Assembly: GCA_905178155.1 (NCBI GenBank) | Contig: CAJINV010000010.1 | Span: forward strand, 663,902 to 727,901 | Reading direction: 5' to 3' | Source: Amoebophrya sp. A120 | Taxonomy: Eukaryota > Protista > Dinoflagellata | DNA: 64,000 bases | Shown: piece after piece, positions 38,101-51,480 of the stretch | How positions within the stretch are numbered: the first letter of the stretch is position 1 | Layout: every line of letters begins with the position of its first letter | Translations under genes and position numbers: made by a program | The notes under the pieces: model-generated | Told to the model about the DNA's origin: nothing | Seen by the model: the letters and a program-made list of their open reading frames with translations, nothing else | The model's database searches: none

Positions 38101-38948
38101 CGTAGTGACTTTATCGCTGACGAGTCAGTCTAATGATCATCAAAACTAGATTGTATGCGAACGATCTTATCGGTGCTGTGCCATCGCCATGACCATGACC
38201 ATGTATGTGTGGGAGGAAAAATAAGGGCTCCTGCCTGGGGTAAGTAAGTAACCGTGTTTAATATCTTCTATTGCCGTACCAAGAATGTGGTGCTTTTCAA
38301 TTCTGTCTTGCGGAGTTGTGCAAACAGCAGACGATAGACGACAGGGTTCTTTTTGCGTTCTGTTTGACGAGGGCACGACTTGTTTTCGTGTTTTGAGTAG
38401 AAACAGACGGACGACAAGAGACGACAGGGTGGACGAAGTGTACGACGAACGGAGACGGACGGACGGACGGACGGACGCAGTCAGTGCATCAGCTGCGTCC
38501 CGAAGTTCTTGTGCACTGTATTTTTTCGATTTGGAATGAGGGCAACACTGATCATAAACGCGAACTCTGTGTAAACACACGACCACACAGACGTAGTAGA
38601 CGCAACAAAGCTGTGCCCGGCGTCCGCGTCCACAAAGGAGCAAACGTATGAAAGATGATGGAATCCTCAGGCCGCGGAGGAGAGTTATTTTTGAGTGGAG
38701 GTTTAACCTTGCATGGCTGCAGGAAAAGGTTGTGAAAAGAACAAGAAGCTATGCAAAAGAATAAAAACTCGGTTTCTAAAAACAAAAGTCTAGTAATGGA
38801 AGTTTGAGATGTTGATAACAGTGTTTTATTTGTGTCGACGTCGTGTAATGTAATGTCGCGCAAATTTTTGGACATTTGCTACAGATGCACAAAACGAAAA
38901 TTTAGAAGACGATAATCGCAACAGCGTCGAAAGCAGTACATTACGTGC

Positions 38949-41900
38949 TTATGCCTCCTCGACGACCTCGTCCCCGTTGAGCATGCGATCTTCGTCCCAG
39001 TCAAAGTAGCCGACGCCCTTCCCACCTCTCGAGAAGACTTTCACCGAATTGAAGACAAAATTGGTTCCGAAGGTCTCGTCGGGCAGCAGTTTGACCGTGT
39101 TCCCGACCCAGTCGGGGTAGATGCTGTCCGCCCCCCGCACCCCGTAGCCCGGACTTGCCACCAAGCTGTTGCAAGCGTCGTGGCCCTGATCGTGAGCATT
39201 ACCGTTGGGCTTGAAGTCTTTCCCGGCCCAGTCCCCGCAGAACGTGTTGTTGATGATCAGGGTTTGGGTGCGGAACAACCTGGCGGACGGACAGTTCCCA
39301 TCTTTGTCGGTGGGGAACACGGCGTAGGGCGTGGACTCCGCCAGCTTTCTTTCCCAAAACTCCGGCTTCTTGGTTTCCGCGTCGGCGAACGTGCTCCCGG
39401 CGGCCTCCACCTCCGCGCGCGGGATCCAGTAGAACCGGGTCTCGTCTTCTTCCAACTGCATGATGTGAATCCCCCCGCGCTGCTCGTTGAATTTGACGCC
39501 GTTCGGGACGCCTTTCACCTTCACGCCGCAGCCCAGGGAACCCTCGCAATTTCGCTCCTTCAGGTACAACGACAGGTCGGGCAGCTGGGCCGAGCATTCC
39601 GCCTGCTCAAACGCGTGTATGTTGTTTGCGTAGTCCGCCTCGCATGTTTCGTACAAACCGTCATCGCTGAGGTTAAGGTTTATTTCCCCGTAGTTTTCTA
39701 CAGCTTCTTGACTCGGTTCTGCGTTCAACACGTTGGTCATCGTGCGAAAAACGTTGCAGTTCCCGTTGCAGGGCTGCGGAGCAACTGCGCCGCACATGTA
39801 ATTCCCGTACTCGGTATGCAGGGTGGTGATCATCTCCTGATTACCCCAGCCGTGCAGGTGCTCCATCAGGTCGAATTCGCCCGACTCCGGCCAGTGCGCG
39901 TGGCCCAGCCCGTCCTCAGGCCTGTAGCCGTTGGGCACATATGCGATCCCGCCCTTGTGCGCGGTCCAGTAGGCCGGCCACGACCCGTCGATGGCGCGCA
40001 TCCGCTCCACGTCCACGACGAAAATCGCCCCGTGGGTGAAGCCGTACTTGGTGTGCATCCGGATGGCGGGCCGCTTGCCCCAAAGCTCATTTGGAAGCTG
40101 ACCGGTCTGAAAATTCAGGCTGATCTGGTTTTTCTCCGGCAAGTGGGTGATCAATTCCTCCTTTTTCTCCATACCCTTGGCGTACCGCACGTGCCCGTTG
40201 CTCTCTGCCCGGCGGCCCGCGTAGGCGGGGGCGTAGTACGCCACGTAAACTGCATCGCGGGTCTCAAAGCCCACCGCCCTGGGCATGATATGTGTGCGGC
40301 CGACGAGTTCGTCTCTTGGGAGGCACCGCACCTCCTCGAAAAGACTGCCCTGAAAGACCAACGCTGCACCAATCCCACTCACCAACGCGTGGTCATGTCT
40401 TATGTGGATTGATTCAGCCTTTTCTGCTGCTGTTTTTTCCGCCAGAGAAGATTCGTCAGCAAACTCTTCATCACAATTTTCGCCCGCATCTTCACCCGCT
40501 GTTTCACAAATCACCTCTTCCTCCGCTTCTTCCTGTTCCTTCTCTATTGCTGCCAACGCCGACATGTTTGCCTCCGTGATCGCGACGACCTGTGACAGCG
40601 GGTGTTTTCGGAAGATCCACGAGTAGGCGTCGCCCAACTGCGCCCCGCTGATATTTTGGGTCGCGAAACAGATCGGGTTTCCCCACTTGCTTCCCCGCAG
40701 TAGTTGTGGCTCCGGGCTGTCTCCTACCTCTTTGTTGAAGACGTTGTAGTTGCATGGCTGCTGAGATGTGTCCCCTGGCTGTGGGTTGAAGCGGCTATAG
40801 TCGCAGTACCTCCTTGGGCCGATGAACGGAAACTTGCTGCTCGGCTTCTGCTTGTTTGCTGAGGCTTCTCCCGTCGAGGACGAAAGCGAAGACGAAGATG
40901 ATGACGATGCGACACTAGCAGAGAGCGTCGCACGCCCGTCGTTGTTCTTGTGTCTTTTCGCACTCACAGCAAGTCCGTCTGTTGCTCCGACAGGTCGTTT
41001 TACTCCAGCTGTCTCGTCCTGGTTCGCATTTGCGCTTCTTGCTGCCTCCTGCTGCCGTAATCTCGCGGCGTCGCTGCGAAGAAAGAAAACCCGCTTCGGT
41101 GCTTTCCCCGTAATCTCCCCTCCTGCGACCGCTTGGTCACGCTGGCGCTTCACGGCGACAGTAGTGGAAGTAAGAAGCACCTCCCAGAAGATCAGCAGCA
41201 CGACGAAAGTAACGACGGACGGGCAGTTGCAAAGACGGTAAAAGCAACGACGAGGAAGAACGACTGCACTGACAACGACGTCCGGAGCCCCGTCAAGCGG
41301 AGGGAAGAAGTTCGGCTTTCTGGTTTTCTCTCGAAACGGTGAGCCACTCGTGGGAACCCTTTAGACACCGGCACAGCAAAAACGCAAACAACGCACGAAT
41401 GAAAGCGTACAAGCCGTTCTGGACGAAGAAGACAAGATGAACGTGGCCGCGTCGCTCGCTCGCTCGCCGGTCATGAATCTCACTCTACGCAAACACAGAT
41501 CAAGGTCAATACACAAATAAAGTAAAATCACGCAAAACCCAACCCAACCCAACCCCCTTTTTCTCCATACCCTTGGCGTACCGCACGTGCCCGTTGCTCG
41601 GATCCGCGGGCTTGTTCCAAAACACGAAACAGCCCAAAAACTCGTCCACACTGGTTCCCGGACAGTCCAGGGCCAATATCCTGTGCAAAAGTATCGCACT
41701 CGTAGTAATTGCACTCATGCATTACAAATCTCGTTCCCAACGCAAATCAGCATGACAAATTCCATTTGTCATGCTGAGCGAATTTGTGTTGCAATTACTA
41801 CTAGTACGATATTACTTTTGCAGCTCATAGCCAACTGCAGGGGTTTATTCCCAGTTGGCTCGGCCGACGATGCGTTTGCGTTGTCCTCCGCGTTGTCCTC

Positions 41901-42521
41901 CTCTTCCGTCCATACGAGGGCCCACTTGGCTTGCTGCTGCTCGGTGGTTTGTTTCTTGATGACCTCCATCTTGAGGCGGAGACGCATCTGCAGGACCGTG
42001 GATTCATCTTCAGCTGACGGAAGAAGAACTTCATCTATTTTCCTATGTTCCAGAATTTCACTCTCTGATGTGCTCTCCTGCTGCTGCTGTTGCGCTCGAA
42101 GGATCATTTTCGACGTCGTCGTCGATTTCTGCCCGTAGTTTATTTTCATCGTATGCGTGCTGGTCGACTTCTTCGCTCCTAAGGTCAACCCCATGGCCAC
42201 GCCGAGGAGCACAACCCCCGCAGAAGTGCCGCTACTCGTCGACCACGACCCGAGTACCAGAGCGGACGCGAAGACAAAAAACAAGAGTTTGGCAAGCGGT
42301 GGAGCTGCTGCTGCTACTGATTCTTGTTTGCAGCAAGCGGTCCACGGGAGGACGTCTTTGGCCGGGAGATTTAGTAACATCTCCTGGGTAGAAGTTCTTG
42401 CGGTCCGTTTATTTTTCCCACTTCCGGAAGTCGAGAAACTTTGCTTCGAGCGGAGCATCTCTTTTGGTCGGATCAGATGGGGAAAAGCAAAATGTGGGGC
42501 GTGCAGCTTTCGACAGATCAA
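38949..42521 (-). CDS. GH16 beta-1,3-glucanase paralog 3, interrupted by a 1352-bp foreign insertion (chimeric or disrupted allele); start approximate
   Basis: WPESGEFDLMEHLHG; the 5' half (FLGCFVFWNKPADPSNGHVRY) and 3' half are in frame once the insertion and 41677-41829 are removed. Confidence 0.8.
40204..41555 (-). mobile_element. Insertion flanked by a 44-bp duplication, carrying a partial EEP/AP-endonuclease-like coding sequence
   Basis: Identical 44-mers at 40160-40203 and 41556-41599; motifs ATQNISG, VVAITEA, GIGAALVF, VAYYAP; (GGGTT)n at the junction. Confidence 0.7.
41677..41829. mobile_element. Introner family B
   Basis: TSD GCCAA/GCCAA. Confidence 0.95.
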
Positions 42522-44229
42522 TTGATGTCGTCGTGGTACTTATTTTTATCTGCACAACAAACGGTGCTGGTGTGGAAAATTGGTATTTACCCGTCGCACC
42601 GTAGGGGGAGACCAAACTACCCCTCACAGAATTCTCGTCCTGGTTGGTGGTATAGTAATTGATGTCATGTAATTGTAAATGTAATTCTAAAAATTACTTC
42701 TGTACCTCTAGTTGTCCGACGTACTATCCGCACTAGTTGTACGACACTTATTCCTGCAAAAAGACGAGAAGCAAAATAAATAAACAAACGGGCATGATTA
42801 CCCTAGAACTACTGCGGACTCAATTACGCACTGTCAACTGAGTTGTAACACGACGGGGGCGAAGAAGGAGTGACGCACGACACTTAGACGATAGCGTGGT
42901 GACACACTTGGACGATAAGGAAACAAGCTATGAAAGTTTAATACTATTCCTCTTGCACGTAGTACTTACATTTTACAACAGTTCAGGAGAACTACGAGAG
43001 CGAAAAAACTAGACGGCGACGGGATGTGAACGAATGATTTATTTCACGTCGAAAAACAGACCGCGGACGACGACGAGACTCCTTCTTGTCCCTATAATAC
43101 CGTATTCGGACGACGGACAAGTAGAACAGTGAACAAAACACACACGAGGAAACACCCGAACACATCGTGCGAAAGTGAAGTCGCAGATCAGCAGCACCAG
43201 CATCAGCATGGTCATATGCATATTAGGGGTGGTCACTGAGGTAGAAAAAAAACGCATACTTACTTACTAGACGTACACACTGGGGGCTTCTGAACGAAAG
43301 TTTCTGCAATGGAACTTCAAATTTGTATGCCAGTACTTCGTTTGAATGATGCTATGCAAATACTTATCCGCCTCACTCTAAGAATAAAAGACGCAAAAGT
43401 GATAAACAAAATGAAGTCGACGGGTCACGCCGGGGGAGCGAATTTTCTCGCGAAGGAACGACTCTAGCGAAGGGGATGGAATGCAAGTAAACCTCCACGG
43501 GTAGATCTATCTATCTATCGTGCGATGGGACTTGACTTGAAGATGGTACGCCCGGCCGCGCAAGTTCCGCACTTCTGATGGTGCAGCACAAGCACTGCCG
43601 CCAGTTCCGCACTTCTGATGGTGCGCGTCTGGTGTAGCCGCACAGTGCAGCAAGGACTTATGTTCTTAATTCTTATACTCCTAACGGTGATTGCAGCACC
43701 AGGAGCCCGAGCCAGACAGAAGGTACTGAAACCCGGCAACGAGCCCTCTCTCACTCCGGGGAGGTGCGAGCCACCTCGTGACAGCCACAAGCGGCGCCAC
43801 CTAAATGCGGGGACTATCTATTAGACGGACTACCGCCAAAGGCCACGAAAGCTTGTTTAGAAGCCGAGCACGAGATGCGTTCTACCGCCTGGATTAGCAG
43901 ACCAGACTCTAGGGGACTTAATGAAAGGCGTGCCGGATCAACTTCCGCAGACAAGCCTTCGGGCCTGTTGATCGCATAAGCTAAATTGTTAGAACTAATT
44001 TTTTTCCTTCATCCGGGTAGAGCAATCACTTCGCCGGAACCTCCGCACGGCCGCGCCAAAAACTCCACAGTGGTGCTGATGAACAAGCGCGACACCACCT
44101 CCACGGCACTGTCGCGTCCGCCCCCCCCCCTGACAAACCCGCTGGCTAGGCGGAAAAAACAAAGCCCCTGCGAGTTCGCGGGATCCGCAGACTAGCGCTA
44201 CAAAGGCTACAGCAGTAAGACAACAGGAA

Positions 44230-44415
44230 CAGACTTAGAGGACGAAAGAAGAAAAGTAAAAGGGTAGAGACCTAAACCTACGGGGGCGCATGCAAAAGAG
44301 GGCAAAGGGAAGGGCAGAAGGAAGACATCAGACTTAGACGAAAAAAGCAAGATAAAAGGGTAGACTCTCAATCCTACAGGGGCGTATGCAAGAGGGGGCA
44401 GAGGGAAGATCAGAT
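44230..44415. repeat. ~100-bp imperfect tandem duplication inside a TE-like intergenic block
   Basis: CAGACTTAGA..AAAAGGGTAGA..CCTAC.GGGGCG.ATGCAA occurs twice. Confidence 0.65.
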
Positions 44416-45146
44416 TTCGGCAACGGAATGAGAGGAGCGCACGAATTTGCGATCGGGCTCCTGGAAAGCAAAACACACGAACAGTGGCACAGACGTACGA
44501 ACCGACGCTCTGGTAGATAGGATAGCACGAGCAAAGAAAGCATCTACGAGAACAGCAAATACGGATACAAACAAAAGGACGGCCATCAGCCAAAGCCAAG
44601 CCGTGAGCATATAAAAGCAAACATACAAAGCAGCGAGCGAGTAACCAGAGGTCACATCGCTGTGCAGGTCTTTCGTAGTAATTTCTCTAGACGCGCGGGC
44701 TTCGCACTTCGTTTTACTGTTTCGCAGACTAAAAAAAGAAAAAAGGGGAGGGGTAACGAAAAAAAGGGGACCGAGCTTCGTTCTACTTCTTTTTGGTTTT
44801 GCTTTTGCGTTTCCTGAATTAATTTTTACAGAAAAATGAGTAACAGCCTTTCGCAGTAAACTGTAGTTTTAGGTGGGGACAAGGCGCTTTATGGTAGAAC
44901 TTTTAAACACTCACAATAATTTGACAACTACGCTCGAAAAATGTAAATGTGTGAATAAAGTCAAGTTGAATAAAGTCAAGTTAGGACATTTTGGAAATGC
45001 TGAGAGATGCAAAAAAACCTCATGCAAGAAGTGCATGGAAAGTTCCAACCGAATAAATACCGAGCTCGCTGTAATTCGTTTTTGGCGTTGTGAACGTGTC
45101 GTGAATAGAAAAATCGGAAACACGATTGAATCACCCCTCAAAAGTA

Positions 45147-48100
45147 CTAGTTAGACGAGTTAGAAGAAAAGATCGAAGAGTTGTGCGCGGCATTCCTGTA
45201 CAACCCGCCCACAGGCTCATCCTGCGAAAGAGGAGAAAGCCCATCTCCCGGCTCAACATTCTGGGACGATGATGATGTTGAGGGTGCGCCGTCGGAAAGT
45301 AATTCGCCGCTCGCCGGGTCGTGCTCGTGCACCTCCGGCGATAGTGAAAGCTCCGGGGCGAGAGAGCCCGCGGAAGTCACGTCGTTCCCGCTCGCCTCGG
45401 CCATTTTCAGGACCCAGAATTTGTAGTACAGCAGCGTGGATCCGGCGTCCACGGGCCGCGCAGGCTGCTCCCAGGCTTGCAGGATGTCGTAGGCCCGCTT
45501 TTGCGCGTTCGCGTCGTTGGTCAGCGCCATGTTCCCGGTCGCAATCTGCCCGATCCACATTTTTAGCGAAGCGTGGATAGCGCCCAGCCGCGTCACGTGG
45601 TTATCCACGATCGAAATATCCACCGGCGTGCATGGCGCAACGCAGGACCAGTCGTCGGTTGCGTAGTTCGCCGGGTCTTTGCAGTCAATATGGATGTGTC
45701 AGGATCGAAATTGTCAAAATCGAAAAATTTGTGATGCACAAAATGGATGCCAGTTGGGGCCTCAGTTTCCAAGTGGCGCATGACAAATTTCGGGACCACC
45801 AAAATCCAGTCTGTCATGCTGTTTGGGCAAAGCAGACTGCTCCTGTCATGCTACTCTGGCAACACATTGTATAACCCTAAACAGGCTTACAATCGATCTC
45901 ATTTGCCTGCTCCCCAATACAGGCGTCGCGTGCCCTACATTTTACGCATCACAAATTTTTCGATTTTGTCGATTTCGATCCTGACACTCCCATAGTCAAA
46001 GGCGTCGTAGTATTCCAGTTTCATGAACTCCGGGTCGCGCGCCAGCCGCAGGGCGGTGGTCAACGGCATCATCTGGATGCCGTGCATGAACTCCTTCGCG
46101 GGGCCAAACCAGGTGCTGTACTTCACCTCGTTCTGGTACAGCATGCCCACGCAGTGGTTCCGCGCAAACTCGAGCGGGTGGATGTCGCCGAAGTTCTCAT
46201 ATTCTTCCATCTGGTAAAAGGTCCGGATCGACTGCGCATTCAGGGCGGTGATCATGGTAAAGATGGTTTCCAGCCGGGCCCCCAGCTGTTCGTACTCTGG
46301 TAACTGCAACTTTTTCCCGTGCACCTTCATCCAGCGGCCCCACAGCTGCGCGCCGTGGTAAAAGTTGATCTCCTCGGAGGTAGACTCCTGGTCTTTGCCG
46401 AAGGTGTTGGACCGCAGCCCGCGCGACCAGGAATGCAGGTCGAAAAGGTCAAAGTAGCGGAACATGGGGAAGTAGGGGTCCGACATGGAATTCCCGCCCA
46501 AGTCGATGGTTTCGTAGTTTTGCGCGGGGTTGGCAACCGCACGGAGGAGCCCGTGAACGACGTCAACCAGTCTGTTGCCCCCAACGGCCCCCTCCTGCAG
46601 AATCTCTTCGCCCTTGAACTTCATCAGAACCGCCGCGGAGTAGACAAAGTAGCCGTAGTGGTTATGGGGGTGTCAGGATCGAAATCGACAAAGTTGAAAT
46701 TATAACTTTTTTTATCTGCATAAAGTCGAGAGCTATTGGAGTAGACCCAATTTCCTTATTTTCCAAGCGGCGCATGACAAATTTTCATGGCACCTAGTCT
46801 GTCATGCTGTTTGGGCAAAGACGACATCTTTTGTCATGCTGTTTCAGCAGTTCTGTCTCTAACGCCAAAAAGGCCTCTAAAAATCGCCCTCTTTTGCCTG
46901 CTCTGCAAGACAGGCAATCTGTGCATGGTATTTCATGCATACACAAAATTTTCAATTTTGTCGATTTCATCGGTCCTGACACTTCCATAGTGGTAGTGCT
47001 GGTCGTTGAAGCAGATGTTTCCGAAGTCGGGCAGATATCAACTGCAAACATGTCTGGGTCTGGAAACTTGTGACGCTGACTGGCGAATCATGAGGACGCC
47101 ACAAATGACGGCTCAGCATAAAAAATTTCTGAGTTCTTGCTAGGTGTTGTCTACTATCCAGCATGACAAACTCAAGAGTCATGCTCGCCAAGCAAGACAA
47201 ACTTGCATTCTTCCACTTCCAGACCCAGACGTTATTATATTTGCAGTGCATAGGTCACAGTAAGTCCCGATGCCCGGCGTTTCCTCGTTAATCGCATCCC
47301 CCTTTATTGAGAGGAAAAATCCCCCCTCCCCATATTGAACGGGTATGTTTCCGAAAATTTGTGTTGCGGATTTGCGGTCACGTTTGTATTGCAAGAAGAC
47401 AAGGGCAGAAGCTTCCGGCCCATTATGGAAGCGCTTTGTCATGCTGTTGGGCCTAAAGGGGAGCCGTTTGCCATGCTCAACAACTAGACCCCTACGCCCC
47501 TACCTAGCCTGGGGACCTGGCCGCAGTGCCTCTCTGCAATACACAGCTGATTTGTGTTCACAAATCCAGCATCAACAGAAGTTCCGTTTTGATATGGGGA
47601 GGGGGTATTTTTCCATTCGATACCCTTCGCTTCGGCTGCAGGGCTCATGGTGGGATTGATCACCCCGCCAAACTTCGGCTCGTACGCGAGCGGAATCTGC
47701 TGCCCGGAAACGTGCGCACAGAAATCCTGCGCCGGATTGATCCAACAAAGAAAGAGCTCCTTCAGGATTTTCGGACACAGCTCCATATTCTCCTCGTCCT
47801 CCTGAGCCTGTTGGGCTGCGTCAGCAACAGGCTGGCCCGCACCAAAGAGCTCCTCCGCCAGGAGGCAATAAACGGCAAACTTCTGGAACTTTTTGCCGCC
47901 ATTGTAGACCCCCCCGGGGGCAGGAACGCTGTTGTGCGCCGAGTAGGCAGGGGCGCCCCACTTGAAGTGCCCAAAGTCCGCCCGAAACTCCGTCCGCAAG
48001 TCCTCCAGGACCTGCCCACTCACCAAATTCAAAGTTCCGCTGGAGTCGCCTTTTGGCATGAAATCCAGTCCCTGCGCCTCTCCAAGTAGGTTCGGCTTCA

Positions 48101-51100
48101 TCGACCATCTCGAGCCCCGCACGGCGGTCATCCAGCCCTGCGACATAGACTGAAACTGCAGGTCTTGCACCATCGCCGCGAAATCGTTTTCGTTGTCCGG
48201 ATTGCTTTTCAGGTGACGCAGGTGCGTCTGGTACGCAAAGTGCAGGTGCTCAGGGGCTACACTGCCACTACCCCCGGAAGTAGAAGCGGCGAGCGGCTGC
48301 AGCGCGGCCGGTGGGTGTTTGAACTCGTAATTCAAGAGTCCAGACGCCTGTAGGTCCACTCCCATGTCGTACAGAACGGCAGCGGCTGACGCGTCGTAGG
48401 CACTGGCGCAGGTTGTGCGCGTGGCCGTCCACTCGTCTTTGGTCGCCCGGCAGCGCAGCGTCGGGCGCTGCACACCGTCGTCGTACTTTCTCGCACTGGA
48501 CTGCACTTGCGCGACCCGCAGCCACCCTTGGAATTGCTGGTTTAGCTGCACCATGCGCAGCCTGTTGTTGGGCGTCCGGAGATTCGCATCGTGGTCCCAG
48601 GCCAAGTCTGTAACCGGGGCGGTCCCAACTGGCAGCAGAAACACCCGCCAGACCGAACCACCCTGAACGGCGTCCATTTCGAAATCCCACGCGAAGACGT
48701 TGGGTGGTTGCCCGACAAGATCGCGCACCGTGATTTTCGTGGGTGTAATCGCGTTGAAGAGCAACACGGGGGTCAAATTAGGTTCGTAGTAGGCCGAGAC
48801 ATAGGACATTCCGTTGTAAATCGGGTACAGGATTTTCGAACCGGTAGCCGTTGCCGTGGAGGTCGCGTGAATCCCCAGCAGGGACTCTTTCACGATTTCG
48901 TACTGTCGCTTTTCCTGCGCGGAAAGCAGTTCCACAGCGTCGATGGAGAGCGAGATTTCGTTTAAAGCGACCGGACGCGTGTAGGCGAAGGCGTGGGGCT
49001 GGTTTGCGAATTTCGCTTTGTTTCCGGTCTCCGACATCCACTTCTCCCCGTCCGCCGAGAAAGTTTCCTTTCCCGCCGACGGGAATCCGTTCATCTTTTT
49101 CTCCCCCATGTTGAGCCGTATCAAAAGGAAAACCAAATCCCACCTCCCCATATTATCCAAACAAAGCTCATTCTGACGCTGGATCATTTCCGCACACAAA
49201 TCAGCTCTGTCTCGCAGTAGAGGACTGCAGGCACATGCCAAGCCTGAGTGGTCGAGAGGTTCTTTTGATGTAGGCCCCTAGCATGAAGACAAACGTCGAC
49301 ACTGTAAGGAGCCGCCCCACAGCACCTTCACAAACCGCCTGCACACTGTGGCGAACTGTCTGGATTCGCCTTCTTGCAAGACAGACAGAATTCGTGGTCA
49401 CAAGTCTGCATCACAAATTTTCAGACGATGAATGCGTTTGCAATATGCGGAGGGGCTCGTATTTTTCCTCACAATACGCTGGTGTTGCTCGCTACTGGTG
49501 ATCTTGTGTGGCTTATCCAAGAAAAAAACTGTGTTAGTGTAACTTTCTTTAGTTGACAGCATCACAAATTTGCTCTACATAACAGAGAAAACCTGTCATG
49601 CGCGGCTTGTAAGGGAAAACATAGATGAAAAGAGGACTTCATGGCTGTCTGGCATGACAGGTGTAACTCTGTTGCACGTTCTGCATTACAGAGTTACACT
49701 TACACAGTTTTTTTCTTGCATATGGCTCACAGAGGACGGCCAGCGAGCCGTCCACCCAAAACAGGGCGAAAGTCCCGACGTAGATCGGGACCGAGCGGAA
49801 GAATCCATACTCCTCCATCATGCGACTCAGGTCCTCGTCCTTATCGCCGTACGGGCCGTACCGCATACCTTTGAACGCCCAGTTGGCCCAAAACCGATTC
49901 GTCTGGTAGACGCCCCCCACTTTGTGCTGCGCAAACCCTTCGTACACGCGCATCGGGTGCGTGTGGCGCAGCGGTTGGAACACGCCGTCGACGGGGTTCG
50001 CACTGCTGATCGGATTTATCCCAAGGAAAAAAATAAACGTCGCCAGCACCCCAGAGTTATTTTCATCCAAATCTGCATGCCTAAAATGTTTCTCATGCGC
50101 AGGAGCCCCATATGTAAGGAGCATTTTCTCATGCTGTCTGGGAGGACAGGACTTTGTCATGCGCAAATCAGGATTAGGAGCTAGATTTGTGGTGTGGCTT
50201 CACTAGCCAAACACCACGACTACATTACTGACCCAAATTTGTAATGCGCAACAGCCAAAACTTCTGGATCTGTGATGCAAAATTCCCATCTTGACTCTGG
50301 CCGGGTGGGGACGTTTATTTTCCTCGGGATAGGACTGAGCAGGGAGCCGGCCGGGAGGAGCGGAACGAAAGGGCTCCTGGTACCTATGCTCTGCAAAAGT
50401 ATCGCACTCGTAGTAATTGCAATCATGCATTTTTTTCTTAAATTACAAATGTCATCTTTCATGCTGAGGACATTTGTAATGCGTTTATACGAGTACGATA
50501 CTTTTGCAGTTCATAGTACCCGGATCCGCCGGAGACGAATCGGTCGACACCAACTCAGCTGGAGCGTTCTCTTCCACGTTACTTTTCGGCACGACCGCCA
50601 CACACGGGTTGCCCTCAGAGTCGATTCCAGGGACTTCAACCATCTCCTCCTCCTCCTCCACTGGACCGCCTTCGCAACCAGCGCAACTCCAGGTGGAGCC
50701 TGCGTGTACTTCATCTTCTTCTGGTAGAGGCACAGGCACGAGGCTCGTCGAACTGACGCCCAGCGGGAGACCTGCTTTTGGCACGCAAACGGGAGTTGTA
50801 GTACTGGTCTCCGTACTAGCGGTCTCCTGCTGTTCCGCTCCTCCGTCTTGCACGGCATCAACATCCGGCTGCTCCGTAACAACATCAACACCTCCCGGCT
50901 GCTCCGTAGTCGTCACTGTAACTTCAGGTGCCGGCCAGGACGTCTGATCCACGACCTCAGTGCTGCAGCAAGACAGGTGATCGCCGGTACCATTTGGGCA
51001 GCAGGCACCGGCTAGCGCCAGCTTTGCGCACTCCGGATGGTTCGCACACAAAGCTGGGTCATTCGCATCGTGGCTCCTTCTACTGCTCAAAGTAGATGAC

Positions 51101-51480
51101 GCAGCAGCTTCCACGAAAGTCGATTGGGAAGAAGTCGTTGTCGCGATTTCGTTCTCCTTGTTGATCTTGATGTGCAGCGCCGCTGGTGGACCATTTGTTT
51201 CGACGTTAGTACGGAGCAGACTAGCCGTTAGGCTTTTCTTGTTACTTTTCGACGTCCTCGCAACACCCTTGGCGGAGAAGCGCCTCTTCTTCTGACGATG
51301 TTTTTTCCCACCTCCCGTCGTTGTACCCAGAAGCTTCAAGCCCTCCACAAGGAAAAGGGCTGTGCCTGCGTCGCGGCTCCTGCTCCTGGTTCCGGTGGCC
51401 GGCGGGGAGAAGAAGGGCCCTGGAAGTAGAAAGAGCGCTCCGAGTAGTTTTCTGGATAGGATAAGCTGGGCCGGCGTCAT
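45147..51480 (-). CDS. GH81 endo-beta-1,3-glucanase with signal peptide and Cys-rich module, ~1370 aa; 8 introners
   Basis: DFGNICFNDQHYHYGYFVYSAAV, FPMFRYFDLFDLHSWSRG, DQESTSEEINF, STWFG..HGIQMMP; 4113 nt after removal. Confidence 0.92.
45689..45994. mobile_element. Introner family G
   Basis: TSD GTCAA/GTCAA. Confidence 0.95.
46663..46989. mobile_element. Introner family G, inside GH81 HYHYGY motif
   Basis: TSD GTGGT/GTGGT. Confidence 0.95.
47036..47252. mobile_element. Introner family A-like with decayed TSD
   Basis: TSD GCAGA/GGTCA (2/5); removing element plus 5 nt restores PDFGN. Confidence 0.88.
47305..47622. mobile_element. Introner family C
   Basis: TSD CCCTT/CCCTT; close copy of 12845-13166. 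Confidence 0.95.
49119..49476. mobile_element. Introner family C
   Basis: TSD AGCCG/CGCTG. Confidence 0.88.
49514..49722. mobile_element. Introner family E
   Basis: TSD TGGCT/TGGCT; close copy of 55481-55689. Confidence 0.95.
50017..50331. mobile_element. Introner family D-like
   Basis: TSD GGATT/GGACT. Confidence 0.9.
50385..50515. mobile_element. Introner family B
   Basis: TSD GTACC/GTACC. Confidence 0.93.

Noticed and set aside
39180-40412. Long plus-strand ORFs opposite GH16, GH81 and RPL3
   Set aside because: Antisense shadows of GC3-rich coding sequence
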